Origin: a virus
Length of the DNA: 62,077 nt
Reading direction: 5' to 3' (one strand)
Virus record (IMG/VR): IMGVR_UViG_3300036861_000916
Location: 1 to 62,077 of that record
The position numbers were made by a program, and so were the translations under genes. The notes under the pieces were generated by a model. It was not told where the DNA came from. It worked only from the letters and a program-made list of their open reading frames with translations, and did no database searches. Below, one piece after another: positions 40,400-50,065 of the stretch. Every line of letters begins with the position of its first letter. Positions within the stretch are counted from its first letter, which is position 1.

Positions 40400-40428
40400 T
40401 TGCATGAAAACCGATGCGCGTGTATCAT
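40400..40428 (+). promoter_or_regulatory. sigma-70-like promoter for the lysis/packaging operon
   Basis: TTGCAT (40400..40405) - 17 nt - TATCAT (40423..40428); AGTTGAACA palindrome at 40371..40379 upstream. Confidence 0.5.
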
Positions 40429-40466
40429 GAAGAAGATCAACATCCGAATTCGACGAAGGAGGCAAC

Positions 40467-40883
40467 TTGAGGTTGGCATCGACGTTCTGGACGAGCAAAA
40501 CGACCTGGGTGGCGCTGGCCGCAATCGGCATGGCGCTGGTGGACGCCGCGGCGAAAGGAGCGCTCTCATGGCAGCAGGGCCTGGTCATCCTCGTGGCGAT
40601 GCTGGGAGCCACGATCCGGGACACGCTGGCGAAGAACGGCGAGGACGCTCTGCTCCAAGAGGACGCTTGCAGCCGGATGGTGCTGATGGCGGCGGGAGCG
40701 GCCACGACCGCGGAAAGCATGGCAGAGGCGATGGCCGTGCTGCTGCGGGCGTCGAAGCAGAACGCCGAGGTGATACCGCCCTCGTCGGCCCACTTTCTAG
40801 TCGCGGAGGAACCGGTGAGGTCGGAAGTAGCGACGGAGGAGGAGATGGATGGAGAAGCGGATCGCGAGGAGGCCCTGCCGTGA
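40467..40883 (+). CDS. holin-like membrane protein
   Basis: 138 aa, TTG with GAAGGAGG upstream; ...TFWTSKTTWVALAAIGMALVDAAAKGALSWQQGLVILVAMLGA... resembles r1t-type holins; acidic tail. Confidence 0.5.
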   Translation: MRLASTFWTSKTTWVALAAIGMALVDAAAKGALSWQQGLVILVAMLGATIRDTLAKNGEDALLQEDACSRMVLMAAGAATTAESMAEAMAVLLRASKQNAEVIPPSSAHFLVAEEPVRSEVATEEEMDGEADREEALP

Positions 40884-41365
40884 AACTTGTTGAGGTCCTG
40901 GAGAAGTTCGCCCTCGAGCACGCCCGAGCGGCTGTCAGCGTTCCCGAGCTCGTCATCCAGGTCCTGGGTGCGGCGGCGGGTGGCGAGGGCCTGCGCCGCG
41001 GCGTGGAGCGGATCCTGACGAAGCGCTTTGCCGCCGAGCAGGGCAGGGCGGGCGCGATGTCGCTTTCGCGTGCGCTCACGAAGCAAATTGACGCCGTCTT
41101 CGAGCAGGAGATGCGCGGCGTCACCGCGGAGCAGAGGCGCGCGCTCGTCCGCCCGCTGGCCGAGGCCGCGGCGCTCCATCTCGTCGAAGCGGCCCACGCG
41201 CTGGCGGATTACGTCGACAAGGCCGCTGACGTGAACGTTGCCAAGGAGCTGCGGGACACGTCGAAGCTCGTGGCGGCGAGACGGGCGAGGCTGGAGGTGG
41301 ACCAACGGCTGGACCGTGCGCTGCTGGCCGCTTCGAGGGCGGTCAGCGGAGGAGAAACGCCGTGA
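40880..41365 (+). CDS. hypothetical helical protein
   Basis: GTG 40880 (GTGA coupling) in frame of the over-long track ORF 40373..41365. Confidence 0.45.
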   Translation: MKLVEVLEKFALEHARAAVSVPELVIQVLGAAAGGEGLRRGVERILTKRFAAEQGRAGAMSLSRALTKQIDAVFEQEMRGVTAEQRRALVRPLAEAAALHLVEAAHALADYVDKAADVNVAKELRDTSKLVAARRARLEVDQRLDRALLAASRAVSGGETP

Positions 41366-41589
41366 TCTCGGAGGCACCCTCGAAGCGGAACGGCACCGGC
41401 GGCTACTGGTTCCTATCGCAGCCGGCCACGGGATGCCTGTGGCGGATCCAGACGCATGACGGCAGGGTGTGGGTCCTGGATTGGCAGCCCCCTCTGCGGT
41501 GGGTGGAGATCCCGCGCGACCGGTTCGCATGCCAGGCCAGGGACTATGATGTGATCGACCTCCACTCGTGCCCCGAGGTAGCGCTGTGA
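41362..41589 (+). CDS. hypothetical protein
   Basis: 75-aa ORF, GTGA coupling. Confidence 0.4.
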   Translation: MISEAPSKRNGTGGYWFLSQPATGCLWRIQTHDGRVWVLDWQPPLRWVEIPRDRFACQARDYDVIDLHSCPEVAL

Positions 41590-41804
41590 TATCGTTTCTG
41601 ATCTACTGTTTCATAGAGGCCAAACTCTGGTTCTTCCGGCGCTTCCTCTGCCGCGACAAAGTCGATGCGTTTTGGTTTACGGGAGAGATCGAAGCGATCA
41701 CTACGGGCCGCTCGCGCGAGTACGTCCGCGAGAAAGCCTTGCAGGTTCTGCGCGAGGAGATCGAGCGACGGGGCGAGCGGATGATCGAAGGCGGTCGAGA
41801 ATGA
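41586..41804 (+). CDS. hypothetical protein with hydrophobic N-terminus
   Basis: GTG 41586 (GTGA coupling) in frame of track ORF 41568..41804; directly upstream of the endolysin. Confidence 0.35.
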   Translation: MISFLIYCFIEAKLWFFRRFLCRDKVDAFWFTGEIEAITTGRSREYVREKALQVLREEIERRGERMIEGGRE

Positions 41805-42544
41805 GGAAGATCGACACGCTGGTCATACACCATTCCGCCGGCGCCTCCGGATCGGTCGATCAGTTCCGCCGTGAGCACATGGCGCGCGGGTGGGCTGATA
41901 TCGGTTACCACGCCGTTTGCGGTAACGGCCGGGGGATGGGGGATGGCTGGATCGGCCACGGTCGCGCCGACGAGAAACAGGGGGCTGCCGTTTTCGGAGC
42001 GAACGCAGGGAAGCTCCACGTCTGCCTCGTCGGGAACTTCCACAAACCGGAGCCCGGCTTCACCGGCCCGCCGACGCGTGCGCAGCTTGACGCTCTCGGC
42101 GGCTGGCTCTTGCAGAAGTCCTGGCTCTATGCCGGCCGCTTTGCTCGCCCGCCGCTGGAGGTAGCCGGGCACAAAGAGGTGGCGCTGCCGACGCACCCGA
42201 CGGCCTGCCCTGGCAGCGAGTTCCCCATCAAGCTCGTGCGCCGCTGGTTCGAGAAGACGGCGGTCATCTGGAAGCCCGACGCCAAGGCTGCGGTCTCGCT
42301 CGGCAGCTTCATTGCCAACGGCGGCCTCTGGCTGCCCGAGAACACGGAGCGCGTCGTGGAGCACGGTGGCCGTCGCCTTCGGGTGCTGCGGGCTGACGGC
42401 GAAGAGGCCGAGGTGCCGATGGAGGACTGTACGATCCACGCGGGGCAGACGTGGGTGCGGCTGCGGGCGCTGTGCGGGGCGCTGGGCTGCACCGTGAGCG
42501 TGGACGACGACGGGATCGTCGTGAAGGTGGACGGGAGGGAATAA
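41801..42544 (+). CDS. N-acetylmuramoyl-L-alanine amidase endolysin (Amidase_2/PGRP fold) with C-terminal domain
   Basis: ATG 41801 (ATGA coupling); IDTLVIHHSAG...DIGYH...GHKE...TACPG zinc-amidase motifs. Confidence 0.8.
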   Translation: MRKIDTLVIHHSAGASGSVDQFRREHMARGWADIGYHAVCGNGRGMGDGWIGHGRADEKQGAAVFGANAGKLHVCLVGNFHKPEPGFTGPPTRAQLDALGGWLLQKSWLYAGRFARPPLEVAGHKEVALPTHPTACPGSEFPIKLVRRWFEKTAVIWKPDAKAAVSLGSFIANGGLWLPENTERVVEHGGRRLRVLRADGEEAEVPMEDCTIHAGQTWVRLRALCGALGCTVSVDDDGIVVKVDGRE

Positions 42545-42545
42545 C

Positions 42546-43022
42546 GTGCCGGGACCGAGGCCGGGGACAGGAGGAGCGCCGTCGAAGCCGAGGCGGAGAG
42601 GCCAGCCGACGAAGTATACTCCGGAGCGAGTGGAGCGGATCCTCGAGTGGCTCGAGGAGGGCAACACGCGTAAGGCTGCGGCCCTGTGCGCGGGCGTGGA
42701 CCAATCCACCTTCTGCGACTGGCTCAACCGCTACCCCGAATTCGCCAAACAAGTGGAGGAGGCGGAGGGCCACGCGGAGGCTTCGCTTGTTTCGTCATTG
42801 AGGCTGATGGCGCGCGATGGCGACCGGCTCGCCGCACAGTTCATCCTTGAGCGCCGGTTCCATCAGGATTGGCGCGAGCGCAAGGAGCAGCAGGTGAGGG
42901 TCGAGATTGACGACCCACTTGAGAGCCTGGAATCCTCATATCGAGCAGCCTTTGCCGCCCGACGAGTATGCGAAGTGGCTGCTGAAACAGACGCCGGAGA
43001 CGAGGCGGTGGCTGGCTCGTGA
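42546..43022 (+). CDS. terminase small subunit (HTH)
   Basis: 158 aa basic N-terminus, HTH ...GNTRKAAALCAGVDQSTFCDWL..., just upstream of and overlapping the large terminase. Confidence 0.55.
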   Translation: MPGPRPGTGGAPSKPRRRGQPTKYTPERVERILEWLEEGNTRKAAALCAGVDQSTFCDWLNRYPEFAKQVEEAEGHAEASLVSSLRLMARDGDRLAAQFILERRFHQDWRERKEQQVRVEIDDPLESLESSYRAAFAARRVCEVAAETDAGDEAVAGS

Positions 43023-44199
43023 TTGGCTTTCGGTAGCCCGCCGGGATCAAATCGAGCCATTGGGCGATTGGCGCTACTGGGTCATCCTCGCTGGCCGTGG
43101 CTTCGGAAAGAGCCGAGCGGGTGCGGAATGGGTCCGGGAGAGCGTCAAGAGCTTCGGGATCGTCAACCTGATCGGTGCGACGGCGGACGACGCACGCGAC
43201 ATTATGGTCGACGGCGAGAGCGGGATCCTCGCCATCTGCCGTGACGACGAGCGCCCCGAGTTCAGGAAGTCCGAGCGGAAGCTGCTCTGGCCGAACGGCG
43301 CGACGAGCCTGATCTTCACCGCGGACGAGCCGGAAAGGCTCAGGGGCAAGCAGAGCGAACGGCTCTGGGCGGACGAGATTTGTTCATGGCGCTATGCCGA
43401 GCAAGCATGGGACCAGGCAATGTTCGGGCTCCGGCTGGGACCCGACCCGCGGGCGCTGATCTCGACGACGCCGCGGCCTATCAAGATCCTGCGTGATCTC
43501 ATGGCGGACCCGCACTGCGTCGTGACGCGTGGTAGCAGCTATGACAACCGCGCGAACCTGGCGCCCGCCTTCTTCGACGCGATCATCAAGCGCTACGAGG
43601 GCACGCGCCTGGGCCGGCAGGAGCTGAACGCCGAGCTGCTGACTGACAACCCGGACGCACTCTGGAGCCAGGCACTCATTGACAGCCTGCGCGTCAGGGC
43701 GGCCCCGAAGCTCAAGCGCATCGTCGTCGGCGTGGACCCGGCCGTCACGAGCGGCGAGGACAGCAACGAGACGGGGATCATCGTCGCCGGCCTGGGCGTG
43801 GACGGGCACGGCTACGTCCTCGACGATCGCACCCTGCGCGCGAAGCCGGCGGAGTGGGCCGCCGCGGTCGCGATGGCCTACGAGGAGTGGAAGGCTGACA
43901 GGGTCGTGGCGGAGGTCAACAACGGTGGCGACCTGGTCGAGACGGTCCTGCGTGCGGCGGAGAAGAACGTCAGTTACAAGGCCGTGCGGGCGGCGCGGGG
44001 GAAGTTCACGAGAGCGGAACCGGTGGCGGCGCTCTATGAGAAAGGGCTCGTCCATCACGTCGGGCACTTCGCTGCGCTGGAGAGCCAGCTCACCGACTGG
44101 GTCCCGGGGATGGACAGCCCGGATCGTTTGGATGCCCTAGCGTGGAGTCTAACCGAACTCATGCTCGGCGGATCGGGCGCAAAAGCGCACGCATTCTGA
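42907..44199 (+). CDS. terminase large subunit
   Basis: 430 aa; Walker A-like ILAGRGFGKSRAGAEWV, ...LWADE..., nuclease-domain Asp motifs; GTA/Terminase_6-like. Confidence 0.85.
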   Translation: MTTHLRAWNPHIEQPLPPDEYAKWLLKQTPETRRWLARDWLSVARRDQIEPLGDWRYWVILAGRGFGKSRAGAEWVRESVKSFGIVNLIGATADDARDIMVDGESGILAICRDDERPEFRKSERKLLWPNGATSLIFTADEPERLRGKQSERLWADEICSWRYAEQAWDQAMFGLRLGPDPRALISTTPRPIKILRDLMADPHCVVTRGSSYDNRANLAPAFFDAIIKRYEGTRLGRQELNAELLTDNPDALWSQALIDSLRVRAAPKLKRIVVGVDPAVTSGEDSNETGIIVAGLGVDGHGYVLDDRTLRAKPAEWAAAVAMAYEEWKADRVVAEVNNGGDLVETVLRAAEKNVSYKAVRAARGKFTRAEPVAALYEKGLVHHVGHFAALESQLTDWVPGMDSPDRLDALAWSLTELMLGGSGAKAHAF

Positions 44200-44209
44200 A
44201 AGAGGTATT

Positions 44210-44671
44210 GTGATGGATCTGGCAGAGGCGATGGAGAAGTCCGGGCTGACTGAGGAAGAGGCCTACTTCGTCCTGCGCTTCGCCGGGCGGCTTGGCTACG
44301 AGCGGGCGATCCGGCGGCTCTCGTCGCCGTGGAAGACGCTCCGCCAATGGGTGATCTGGGTCGGCGGTTGGGAGCACCCGGAGCTGTCGCAGTGGGACCG
44401 GGGCGTACCGGCATGGGAATTGACCCGCGTCGATCATAAGGGTCGGCGTTGCCTCGTGGACCCGACGCCTGTGTCGCTCTTCGGGTACCGGATCACGTTC
44501 TTCGGCTGGGGCGTGCAGGCTCGCATTCGCTGGGGAGGACGGCGTCTCTACCTCACATTGAGCCGGACCTATCGACATGGGCCGATCGACAAGCTCTACT
44601 TGAGCCCGAACGGGACGCTGCAGCACCCCCAGGCGCGGTTCCTGTGGCGCCGGGCGGTGGCGGAGCAGTGA
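44210..44671 (+). CDS. hypothetical protein
   Basis: 153-aa ORF after terminase. Confidence 0.45.
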   Translation: MMDLAEAMEKSGLTEEEAYFVLRFAGRLGYERAIRRLSSPWKTLRQWVIWVGGWEHPELSQWDRGVPAWELTRVDHKGRRCLVDPTPVSLFGYRITFFGWGVQARIRWGGRRLYLTLSRTYRHGPIDKLYLSPNGTLQHPQARFLWRRAVAEQ

Positions 44672-44871
44672 GTGAAGCCCCGCAGGACTGGCGCCAGCAG
44701 GCGCGCCGGCTCGCGCGGTGCTCGTTCCTGCCCGGCTCCTGGGACAAGCGCTTCGCTCGGGATCTGGCGGCTCGCGCCGAGGACCCGGAGGCGACGATCA
44801 CGGAGAAGCAGGCGGCCGCACTGGCACGGCTGACGCAGCGATATCGGCGGCAGTTGGGGAGAGCGGAATGA
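44668..44871 (+). CDS. hypothetical small protein
   Basis: GTG 44668 (GTGA coupling) in frame of track ORF 44449..44871. Confidence 0.4.
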   Translation: MSEAPQDWRQQARRLARCSFLPGSWDKRFARDLAARAEDPEATITEKQAAALARLTQRYRRQLGRAE

Positions 44872-45275
44872 GTGAGTCGGTGACGCAGGAGCAGCTCGAG
44901 CAGGCGTGCCGCGACTGGCAGCAGCGGTTGCGCCTCGCCGACTGGCGCGTAACGCCCCTGTGGCGCGACTGGGCCAGCATGAGCGTGCTCGGTCGTTCCG
45001 GAGAGGTGCATTGGAACCTGCAGCAGAGGTCGGCGACGATCTACCTGGTGCCTCCGGGGCAGCGGTGCGACGGCAATCCCGATATCACCGACGGCGATTG
45101 GGAGGGCACCCTCGTCCACGAGCTACTGCATCTCCACTTCGCGCCGTTCGACGATACCGGCGGTCGGCACGAGACGGCCCAGGAGCAGGCGCTGAACGCG
45201 ATTGCGGAGGCGCTCGTTCAGGCGTGGCGCGGTGTGGATCCTGCGCGACCGGTGAGCGAGAGGGCGAGGGGATGA
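44868..45275 (+). CDS. small HExxH-motif protein (putative metallopeptidase-like)
   Basis: ATG 44868 (ATGA coupling); ...GTLVHELLHLHF... Confidence 0.45.
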   Translation: MSESVTQEQLEQACRDWQQRLRLADWRVTPLWRDWASMSVLGRSGEVHWNLQQRSATIYLVPPGQRCDGNPDITDGDWEGTLVHELLHLHFAPFDDTGGRHETAQEQALNAIAEALVQAWRGVDPARPVSERARG

Positions 45276-45571
45276 GTGAGCGCCAGGCAGTCGCAGCAGT
45301 TCGGTTGTCCTGCGGTCGCTGGTATCTATCGGTCTGCGGGTTTGCCGTTGCGATGGAGGGGGACCGCTGCCGCGATGGCGACCTGCCGGAGTGGGTGATG
45401 CCTGCCATTCCTTCCGAGGAACTGGCGAACGCCACCATTGGTGGGAAGCCTGCGCTGGAGATACCGCTGGACATCGTGCGCTTCTTTCGTGGCGAGAACT
45501 GGACGAAGGAGATGCTTTCCTATGTGGCGGACGAGATAAACCGATTCGCAGTCCTGCGCGACCGTACATAA
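45272..45571 (+). CDS. hypothetical protein
   Basis: ATG 45272 (ATGA coupling) in frame of track ORF 44906..45571. Confidence 0.45.
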   Translation: MSERQAVAAVRLSCGRWYLSVCGFAVAMEGDRCRDGDLPEWVMPAIPSEELANATIGGKPALEIPLDIVRFFRGENWTKEMLSYVADEINRFAVLRDRT

Positions 45572-45601
45572 GCCGGATTATCGGTCCATAGGGGGTGTAA
45601 G

Positions 45602-45781
45602 ATGCCGATTGAGCACATCGAGACGGAGTGCGATGTCTGCGGCAGTGACTTCGGAGAGGGGCCGCAGAAGGTGGACTGTCTCCGTATCAATCTCCCTCAT
45701 CTGGCGGCGTGGCACGCCTGTGTGTGCCTGGACTGCGCGAAGGTGATTGCGGAAGCAGCCGAAGAGGAAGGACTGACATAG
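45602..45781 (+). CDS. small Cys-rich protein (59 aa, below track cutoff)
   Basis: ATG after TAGGGGG; CDVC ... CVCLDC. Confidence 0.35.
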   Translation: MPIEHIETECDVCGSDFGEGPQKVDCLRINLPHLAAWHACVCLDCAKVIAEAAEEEGLT

Positions 45782-45797
45782 CTCCGGAAACCGGAGC

Positions 45798-46031
45798 TTG
45801 AGGGGCGAGATGAGCGAATGGACGAAGGCGCATAGCCTGGGCGTGGACCGCCTGATGGAATGCATTCAGGAGGCGGAGGCCGAGCGCGACCGGCTGCGGG
45901 CGGAGCTGGAACTGGCGCGTGGCGTGGCGTGTGAGATGTGGAACCGCGCGCACGAATGGGCAGAGACCGGCGACGGTTGCACTTGGCAATACCTTGAAGA
46001 CTACGCAAAGGCTTACGATTGGCTCCCGTAG
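45798..46031 (+). CDS. hypothetical protein
   Basis: 77-aa ORF (possibly starting at ATG 45810). Confidence 0.4.
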   Translation: MRGEMSEWTKAHSLGVDRLMECIQEAEAERDRLRAELELARGVACEMWNRAHEWAETGDGCTWQYLEDYAKAYDWLP

Positions 46032-46079
46032 TCCTCACATAATTCGTACTATCAGGACCTTGTAAGGAGTAAGAGATAG

Positions 46080-46307
46080 ATGACGGTTGCAGCGTTGCTG
46101 AAGAAGCTCGAAGGTGTCCCGCCCGACGCGGAAGTTATCCTCCGTGTGAAAGACCGCAACGCGGAAGGTCTACGAGTGATCAACTTCCATTACGCGGAGG
46201 ACGAGGACATTGGCGGCACTATCCCGGACGCCTTCATCATCACCGGCTATGGCCGGAAGGAACTGGAGCAGCAGGAAAAGGACGCGGCGGCAAGGCGGGA
46301 CGAGTAG
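46080..46307 (+). CDS. hypothetical protein
   Basis: 75-aa ORF, AAGGAG upstream. Confidence 0.45.
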   Translation: MTVAALLKKLEGVPPDAEVILRVKDRNAEGLRVINFHYAEDEDIGGTIPDAFIITGYGRKELEQQEKDAAARRDE

Positions 46308-46394
46308 GGGAGGCGCCATGAGCTTCGTAGACCTCATCTTCTGGGTGCTGGCGGTATGCCTCATCGTCTGGTTTCTGCGAGGGCTAACACGGCC

Positions 46395-46640
46395 ATGAGC
46401 AAGGTGTTCATCCCGGTCAAGGTCGGCTGCGGCGTTTTCGGCAGCGAACGCTCTGCCTCGTGGCAGGTGAACGGCGAGAACTACGAGACCATCGTCGATC
46501 AGTCGGACATCGTCGGCGACAAGCTCCGCGTGGACGTGATCGAGGCGCACGGTGACCAGGTCCTGATCGATCTGCCGCGTGACTGCTTCGTGCAGGGAAG
46601 CCGGCTCGTCGTCCCGAGGTCGTTCCTGATCGTCGAGTAG
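46395..46640 (+). CDS. hypothetical protein
   Basis: ATG 46395 in frame of track ORF 46356..46640, ATGA overlap with a 26-codon TM mini-ORF (46318..46398). Confidence 0.45.
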   Translation: MSKVFIPVKVGCGVFGSERSASWQVNGENYETIVDQSDIVGDKLRVDVIEAHGDQVLIDLPRDCFVQGSRLVVPRSFLIVE

Positions 46641-46650
46641 GAGGCGTAAC

Positions 46651-48159
46651 GTGTCGTATGGTGAGCCCTACATCAGCGAGGAAGTCCTGCCGAAGGCGCT
46701 GAAGCTGCTGCGCACGCGCTGCGACTATGAGCTCTACGAGCACTACTACCTCGGAATGCATCGGCTGGTCTTCGCCAGCGACAAGTTCCGCAACGCCTTC
46801 GGCAGATTGTTCCGCTGCTTCCGCTGCAACCTCTGCCCTCCGGTCGTAGACGCCGTCGCCGATCGCCTGGTCATCACCGGCCTGGAGGTGGACGTGGAGG
46901 ACCCGGAGGCGCCGGAGGGGGCCAGCCCCGCCGAGGAGCGCCAGCGCCAGCAGGATCTGCGTGACGCGGCGCAGGCGAGCGTCCATGAGGGGCACGTGCG
47001 CGCCGTGTGGAAGGACAACCTGATGGACGTCGAGGCCGGCCACGTCCACCTCCAGGCGCTGCGCGACGGCGACGCGTTCGTCATCGTCTGGCCGGACCCG
47101 GAGGACGACAAGCGCCCGCTGATCTACCCGCAGGAGTGCCAGCAGGTGCGCGTGAAGTACGATCTCGACCGCCCGGGCGTTATCTCCTGGGCGGTCAAGG
47201 GATGGGTGGACGAGGACGGATACTACCGCCTCACGCTCTACTTCGCCGACCGCATCGAAAAGTATCGCACGGCGCGCCGGCAGTCCTGCCCACCGGAGAA
47301 GCCGGGCTCCCTCCTGCCGCTGGAGGTCCCGGGCGAGCCGTGGCCGCTGCCGAACCCTTACGAGCGCGTGCCCGTATTCCACTTCGCGAACAACGTGGGC
47401 CGCGGGAAGAGCGGCCAGTCGGAGCTGCGCGACGTCGTCCCGCTGCAGGACGCGCTCAACAAGGCGATCATGGATCTGATGGCGGCGATGGAGTTCGTCG
47501 CGCTCCCGCAGCGGTGGGCGACGGGGATCGAGGTGGAGACCGGCGACGACGGCAAGGCCATCCCGCCGTTCACGCCCGGGGTCGATCGCCTCTGGACGAC
47601 GGGTAGCACCGACGTGAGGTTCGGTGAGTTCGCCCAGGCGGACCTTTCGCGCTTCTCCGGCGTCATCAACGACTTCCGCATGGACATCGCGCGCATCTCC
47701 GGAGTGCCGCTGCATTACTTCAATCTGCTCGGCGGCAACCCCCCGTCGGGCGAGGCGCTGAAAGCACTGGAGGCGAGGCTCATCAAGAAGGCGGAGGACC
47801 GGCAGCTCGCGTTCGGGGCCGTCTGGGCGGACCTGGTCCGGTTTTGCCACGTAATCCTTGGACACGATCCCAGCATCCAGTTTCGGACTGTCTGGAAAGA
47901 CGCGGCTCCCAGGTCTGAGAAGGAGCATGCTGAGACGCTCCTCCTCAAAAAACAGTTGGGCGTGCCGAGAAAGCAGCTCTTGCGGGAGCTCGACTACACG
48001 GAGGAGCAGATCGACGAATTCCAAGTCGAGCAGGAGGAGGCTGGGGTCAATGTGGCGTCGGCGCTTCTCGGCCAGATGGATCGTGGCGAGATGGCGCAGC
48101 GCGGGGTGCCGGGGGACGGCGGCGGGCAGGCCGCTGGCGGTGGCGGGGCGGAGTATTAG
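46651..48159 (+). CDS. portal protein (SPP1 gp6-like)
   Basis: 502 aa, GGAGG upstream of GTG; size, position and acidic Gly-rich C-terminus typical. Confidence 0.8.
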   Translation: MSYGEPYISEEVLPKALKLLRTRCDYELYEHYYLGMHRLVFASDKFRNAFGRLFRCFRCNLCPPVVDAVADRLVITGLEVDVEDPEAPEGASPAEERQRQQDLRDAAQASVHEGHVRAVWKDNLMDVEAGHVHLQALRDGDAFVIVWPDPEDDKRPLIYPQECQQVRVKYDLDRPGVISWAVKGWVDEDGYYRLTLYFADRIEKYRTARRQSCPPEKPGSLLPLEVPGEPWPLPNPYERVPVFHFANNVGRGKSGQSELRDVVPLQDALNKAIMDLMAAMEFVALPQRWATGIEVETGDDGKAIPPFTPGVDRLWTTGSTDVRFGEFAQADLSRFSGVINDFRMDIARISGVPLHYFNLLGGNPPSGEALKALEARLIKKAEDRQLAFGAVWADLVRFCHVILGHDPSIQFRTVWKDAAPRSEKEHAETLLLKKQLGVPRKQLLRELDYTEEQIDEFQVEQEEAGVNVASALLGQMDRGEMAQRGVPGDGGGQAAGGGGAEY

Positions 48160-48237
48160 GCTTCCGCTGCCTTGCGGCTGTAGGTGCGGACGTTCCGCGC
48201 CTCGCGGCTGGCGCGCTCCTTGGTGGCGGTGCTCACG

Positions 48238-48636
48238 TCAGGCCTCCTCCGGCTCATGCGCCGAGTCCTTGCACGCGAGGGTGCAGGTGGCCCGCGAAAC
48301 CAGCGCTCCGATGCACTCCAGCGTTTGGACGCCCTCCTGGTGTTCCGCCCGGGCGCCGCAGGGGCAGCGAACTTCGGCGCTCAAGCGGTTGGAGCCCTTG
48401 GCCATCAGTAGTGTGAGCCTGCCGGATCGGAGTGCCGCGCACCAATGGCAGCGCCAGAAGATCCACTGCATCGGTTCTCCCGCGGCATCCACTCCCAGCC
48501 GCCCCAGGATCTCGCGGAGCGCGTCCATCGTCCGGGAGCGCGCCGCCTGTTCTGCGGCATCGGCCTGCGATGACAAACGCGAGCACTCGGCAGCATAGGT
48601 AGCCTTGGCAACGTCCAAGACCTCATCTAGCCTCAT
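48238..48636 (-). CDS. hypothetical Cys-containing protein
   Basis: 132-aa ORF, first of a coupled minus-strand block. Confidence 0.45.
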   Translation of the reverse strand: MRLDEVLDVAKATYAAECSRLSSQADAAEQAARSRTMDALREILGRLGVDAAGEPMQWIFWRCHWCAALRSGRLTLLMAKGSNRLSAEVRCPCGARAEHQEGVQTLECIGALVSRATCTLACKDSAHEPEEA

Positions 48637-48965
48637 CCCTCACCTCCCGCCATCACCCTCGCCATCGCCTTCGCCGCCGAAAACTCCACGCCCAGTACCC
48701 GCAGCTCCATCCGCGCCCGGGCCACGCTCTCCTCCATCTGCAGCACGCGTTCGCGGGAAACCTGCGTCGCGGCGCGCACCTGGGCGGCTCGCAAGGCCTC
48801 GTTCCGGCCATCGATGGAGCCGGAGAGCAGGTGCGAGTCCTCGCATCGGGTCAGGTGCTCCCGTGCCGCCGTTAGGCCACGGTCCATCAGCAGCGCGTGT
48901 GCTTCCGCCTCGGCGATCTTGCCCGGCAGCGTGGCGAGCGCGTTCAAGACTGCGTTGCGTGTCAT
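48633..48965 (-). CDS. hypothetical protein
   Basis: ATG 48965 in frame of track ORF 48633..49190; ATGA coupling. Confidence 0.45.
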   Translation of the reverse strand: MTRNAVLNALATLPGKIAEAEAHALLMDRGLTAAREHLTRCEDSHLLSGSIDGRNEALRAAQVRAATQVSRERVLQMEESVARARMELRVLGVEFSAAKAMARVMAGGEG

Positions 48966-49126
48966 CGGGGGGTATACTCCTCGATCGTGTAGGTGGCACC
49001 GTTCGGATAGTCTCGCTCCGTCTCCTGCCAGAAAGCCAGGGCCTTCTCGATCCGCTCCCGCTTCTTCGAGTAGGTCACGGTTGTTCTCCTGCCGAGCCTG
49101 GTCTTTACCAGGCGATACTTCGTCAT
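48962..49126 (-). CDS. hypothetical small protein (54 aa, below track cutoff)
   Basis: ATG 49126 with AAGGAG upstream; MTKYRLVKTRLGRRTT... Confidence 0.4.
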   Translation of the reverse strand: MTKYRLVKTRLGRRTTVTYSKKRERIEKALAFWQETERDYPNGATYTIEEYTPR

Positions 49127-49168
49127 GGTCGTGTCTCCTTTGGGCGGGGCAGCGCCCCTCTACTTCGC

Positions 49169-49378
49169 CTACAGCTCGCGCTCGGAGCACTCCGCATGGG
49201 CCAGGCCTTTACCGTCGCCGCTGCGGTAGAACGGGACGGCGTAGCCGATGGGCTGGCCACACAGCGCACAGGCGTTCTCGGCGTCCTGCCGCAGAAGCGC
49301 GCAGTTTCTGTGCTCGCAAGTGCCCTCGCACGGGCCTCTCTGGTCACCTGGGTTATGGATCAGTCCCGCTGTCACCAA
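49169..49378 (-). CDS. Cys-rich small protein
   Basis: 69-aa ORF with 7 Cys. Confidence 0.4.
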   Translation of the reverse strand: MVTAGLIHNPGDQRGPCEGTCEHRNCALLRQDAENACALCGQPIGYAVPFYRSGDGKGLAHAECSEREL

Positions 49379-49440
49379 AGTTCTCCTCTCGAAAGTGGGC
49401 GTGGCAACTCTCCGGGATGTCCGGAGAGTTGGTCCGTCGG

Positions 49441-49974
49441 TCAGGCGAAGATGCGGAGGTAGGAAGCCTGCTCCTCGTCGCTCAACGGCGGCAGGTAGGG
49501 CGCCTCGGCCTCCTCCTGCAGCTCGCGGAAGGTCTCACGGATCTCCTCCGGCGTCATCTCCTCGCAATCGACCGACACCGGCTCGCACAGCTTGCAGATG
49601 ACCTCGCCCGTCGACTCGTTGATGCGCGCCTCGGACTGCCGCAGTGGCTCGTGGCACCATGAGCAGACGAAGGGAGAGAACGTGTCGGGCCACCTGCCTT
49701 CCGGGGCCGAGCGCGGCGTGAGCAGCGCCTTGCCTTCGGCGAGCAGCTTGTGGGCGAGCGCCACCTGATGATAACAGCGAGCTCCCACCTTGCTGCAGCG
49801 GTTCTGGTAGTCGGCGCAGTCGCAGTGCTCGGCGCTGACCGTGTAGGTCTTGCCGCTCGGGCTCTCGCACTGCCAGGAGCCGGCGGGCGTCAGCGACCAG
49901 ATGAGATCAAGTCCCTTGCCGAAGGCGCGGGCGACGCGGGCGTCCTGATCAAGGCCGTCAAATCGTCTTTCCAT
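49441..49974 (-). CDS. SWIM-zinc-finger protein
   Basis: ATG 49974 with GAGGAGG upstream; CDCADYQNRCSKVGARCYH = CxC...CxH SWIM pattern; further CxxC pairs. Confidence 0.6.
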   Translation of the reverse strand: MERRFDGLDQDARVARAFGKGLDLIWSLTPAGSWQCESPSGKTYTVSAEHCDCADYQNRCSKVGARCYHQVALAHKLLAEGKALLTPRSAPEGRWPDTFSPFVCSWCHEPLRQSEARINESTGEVICKLCEPVSVDCEEMTPEEIRETFRELQEEAEAPYLPPLSDEEQASYLRIFA

Positions 49975-50065
49975 CGTATCCTCCTCTGCTAGTAGTTCAA
50001 TCGACCTACTCATGTATCGGCTGCCAAGCTCAACTTCTGAAGGGCACGTTTCGGACCAATTCAAC

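Noticed and set aside
40373-41365. A single 330-aa ORF at 40373..41365
   Set aside because: Its first two-thirds is an Arg/Gly-rich alternative frame over the holin-like gene 40467..40883. A GTG at 40880 with GTGA coupling gives a sensible 161-aa protein.
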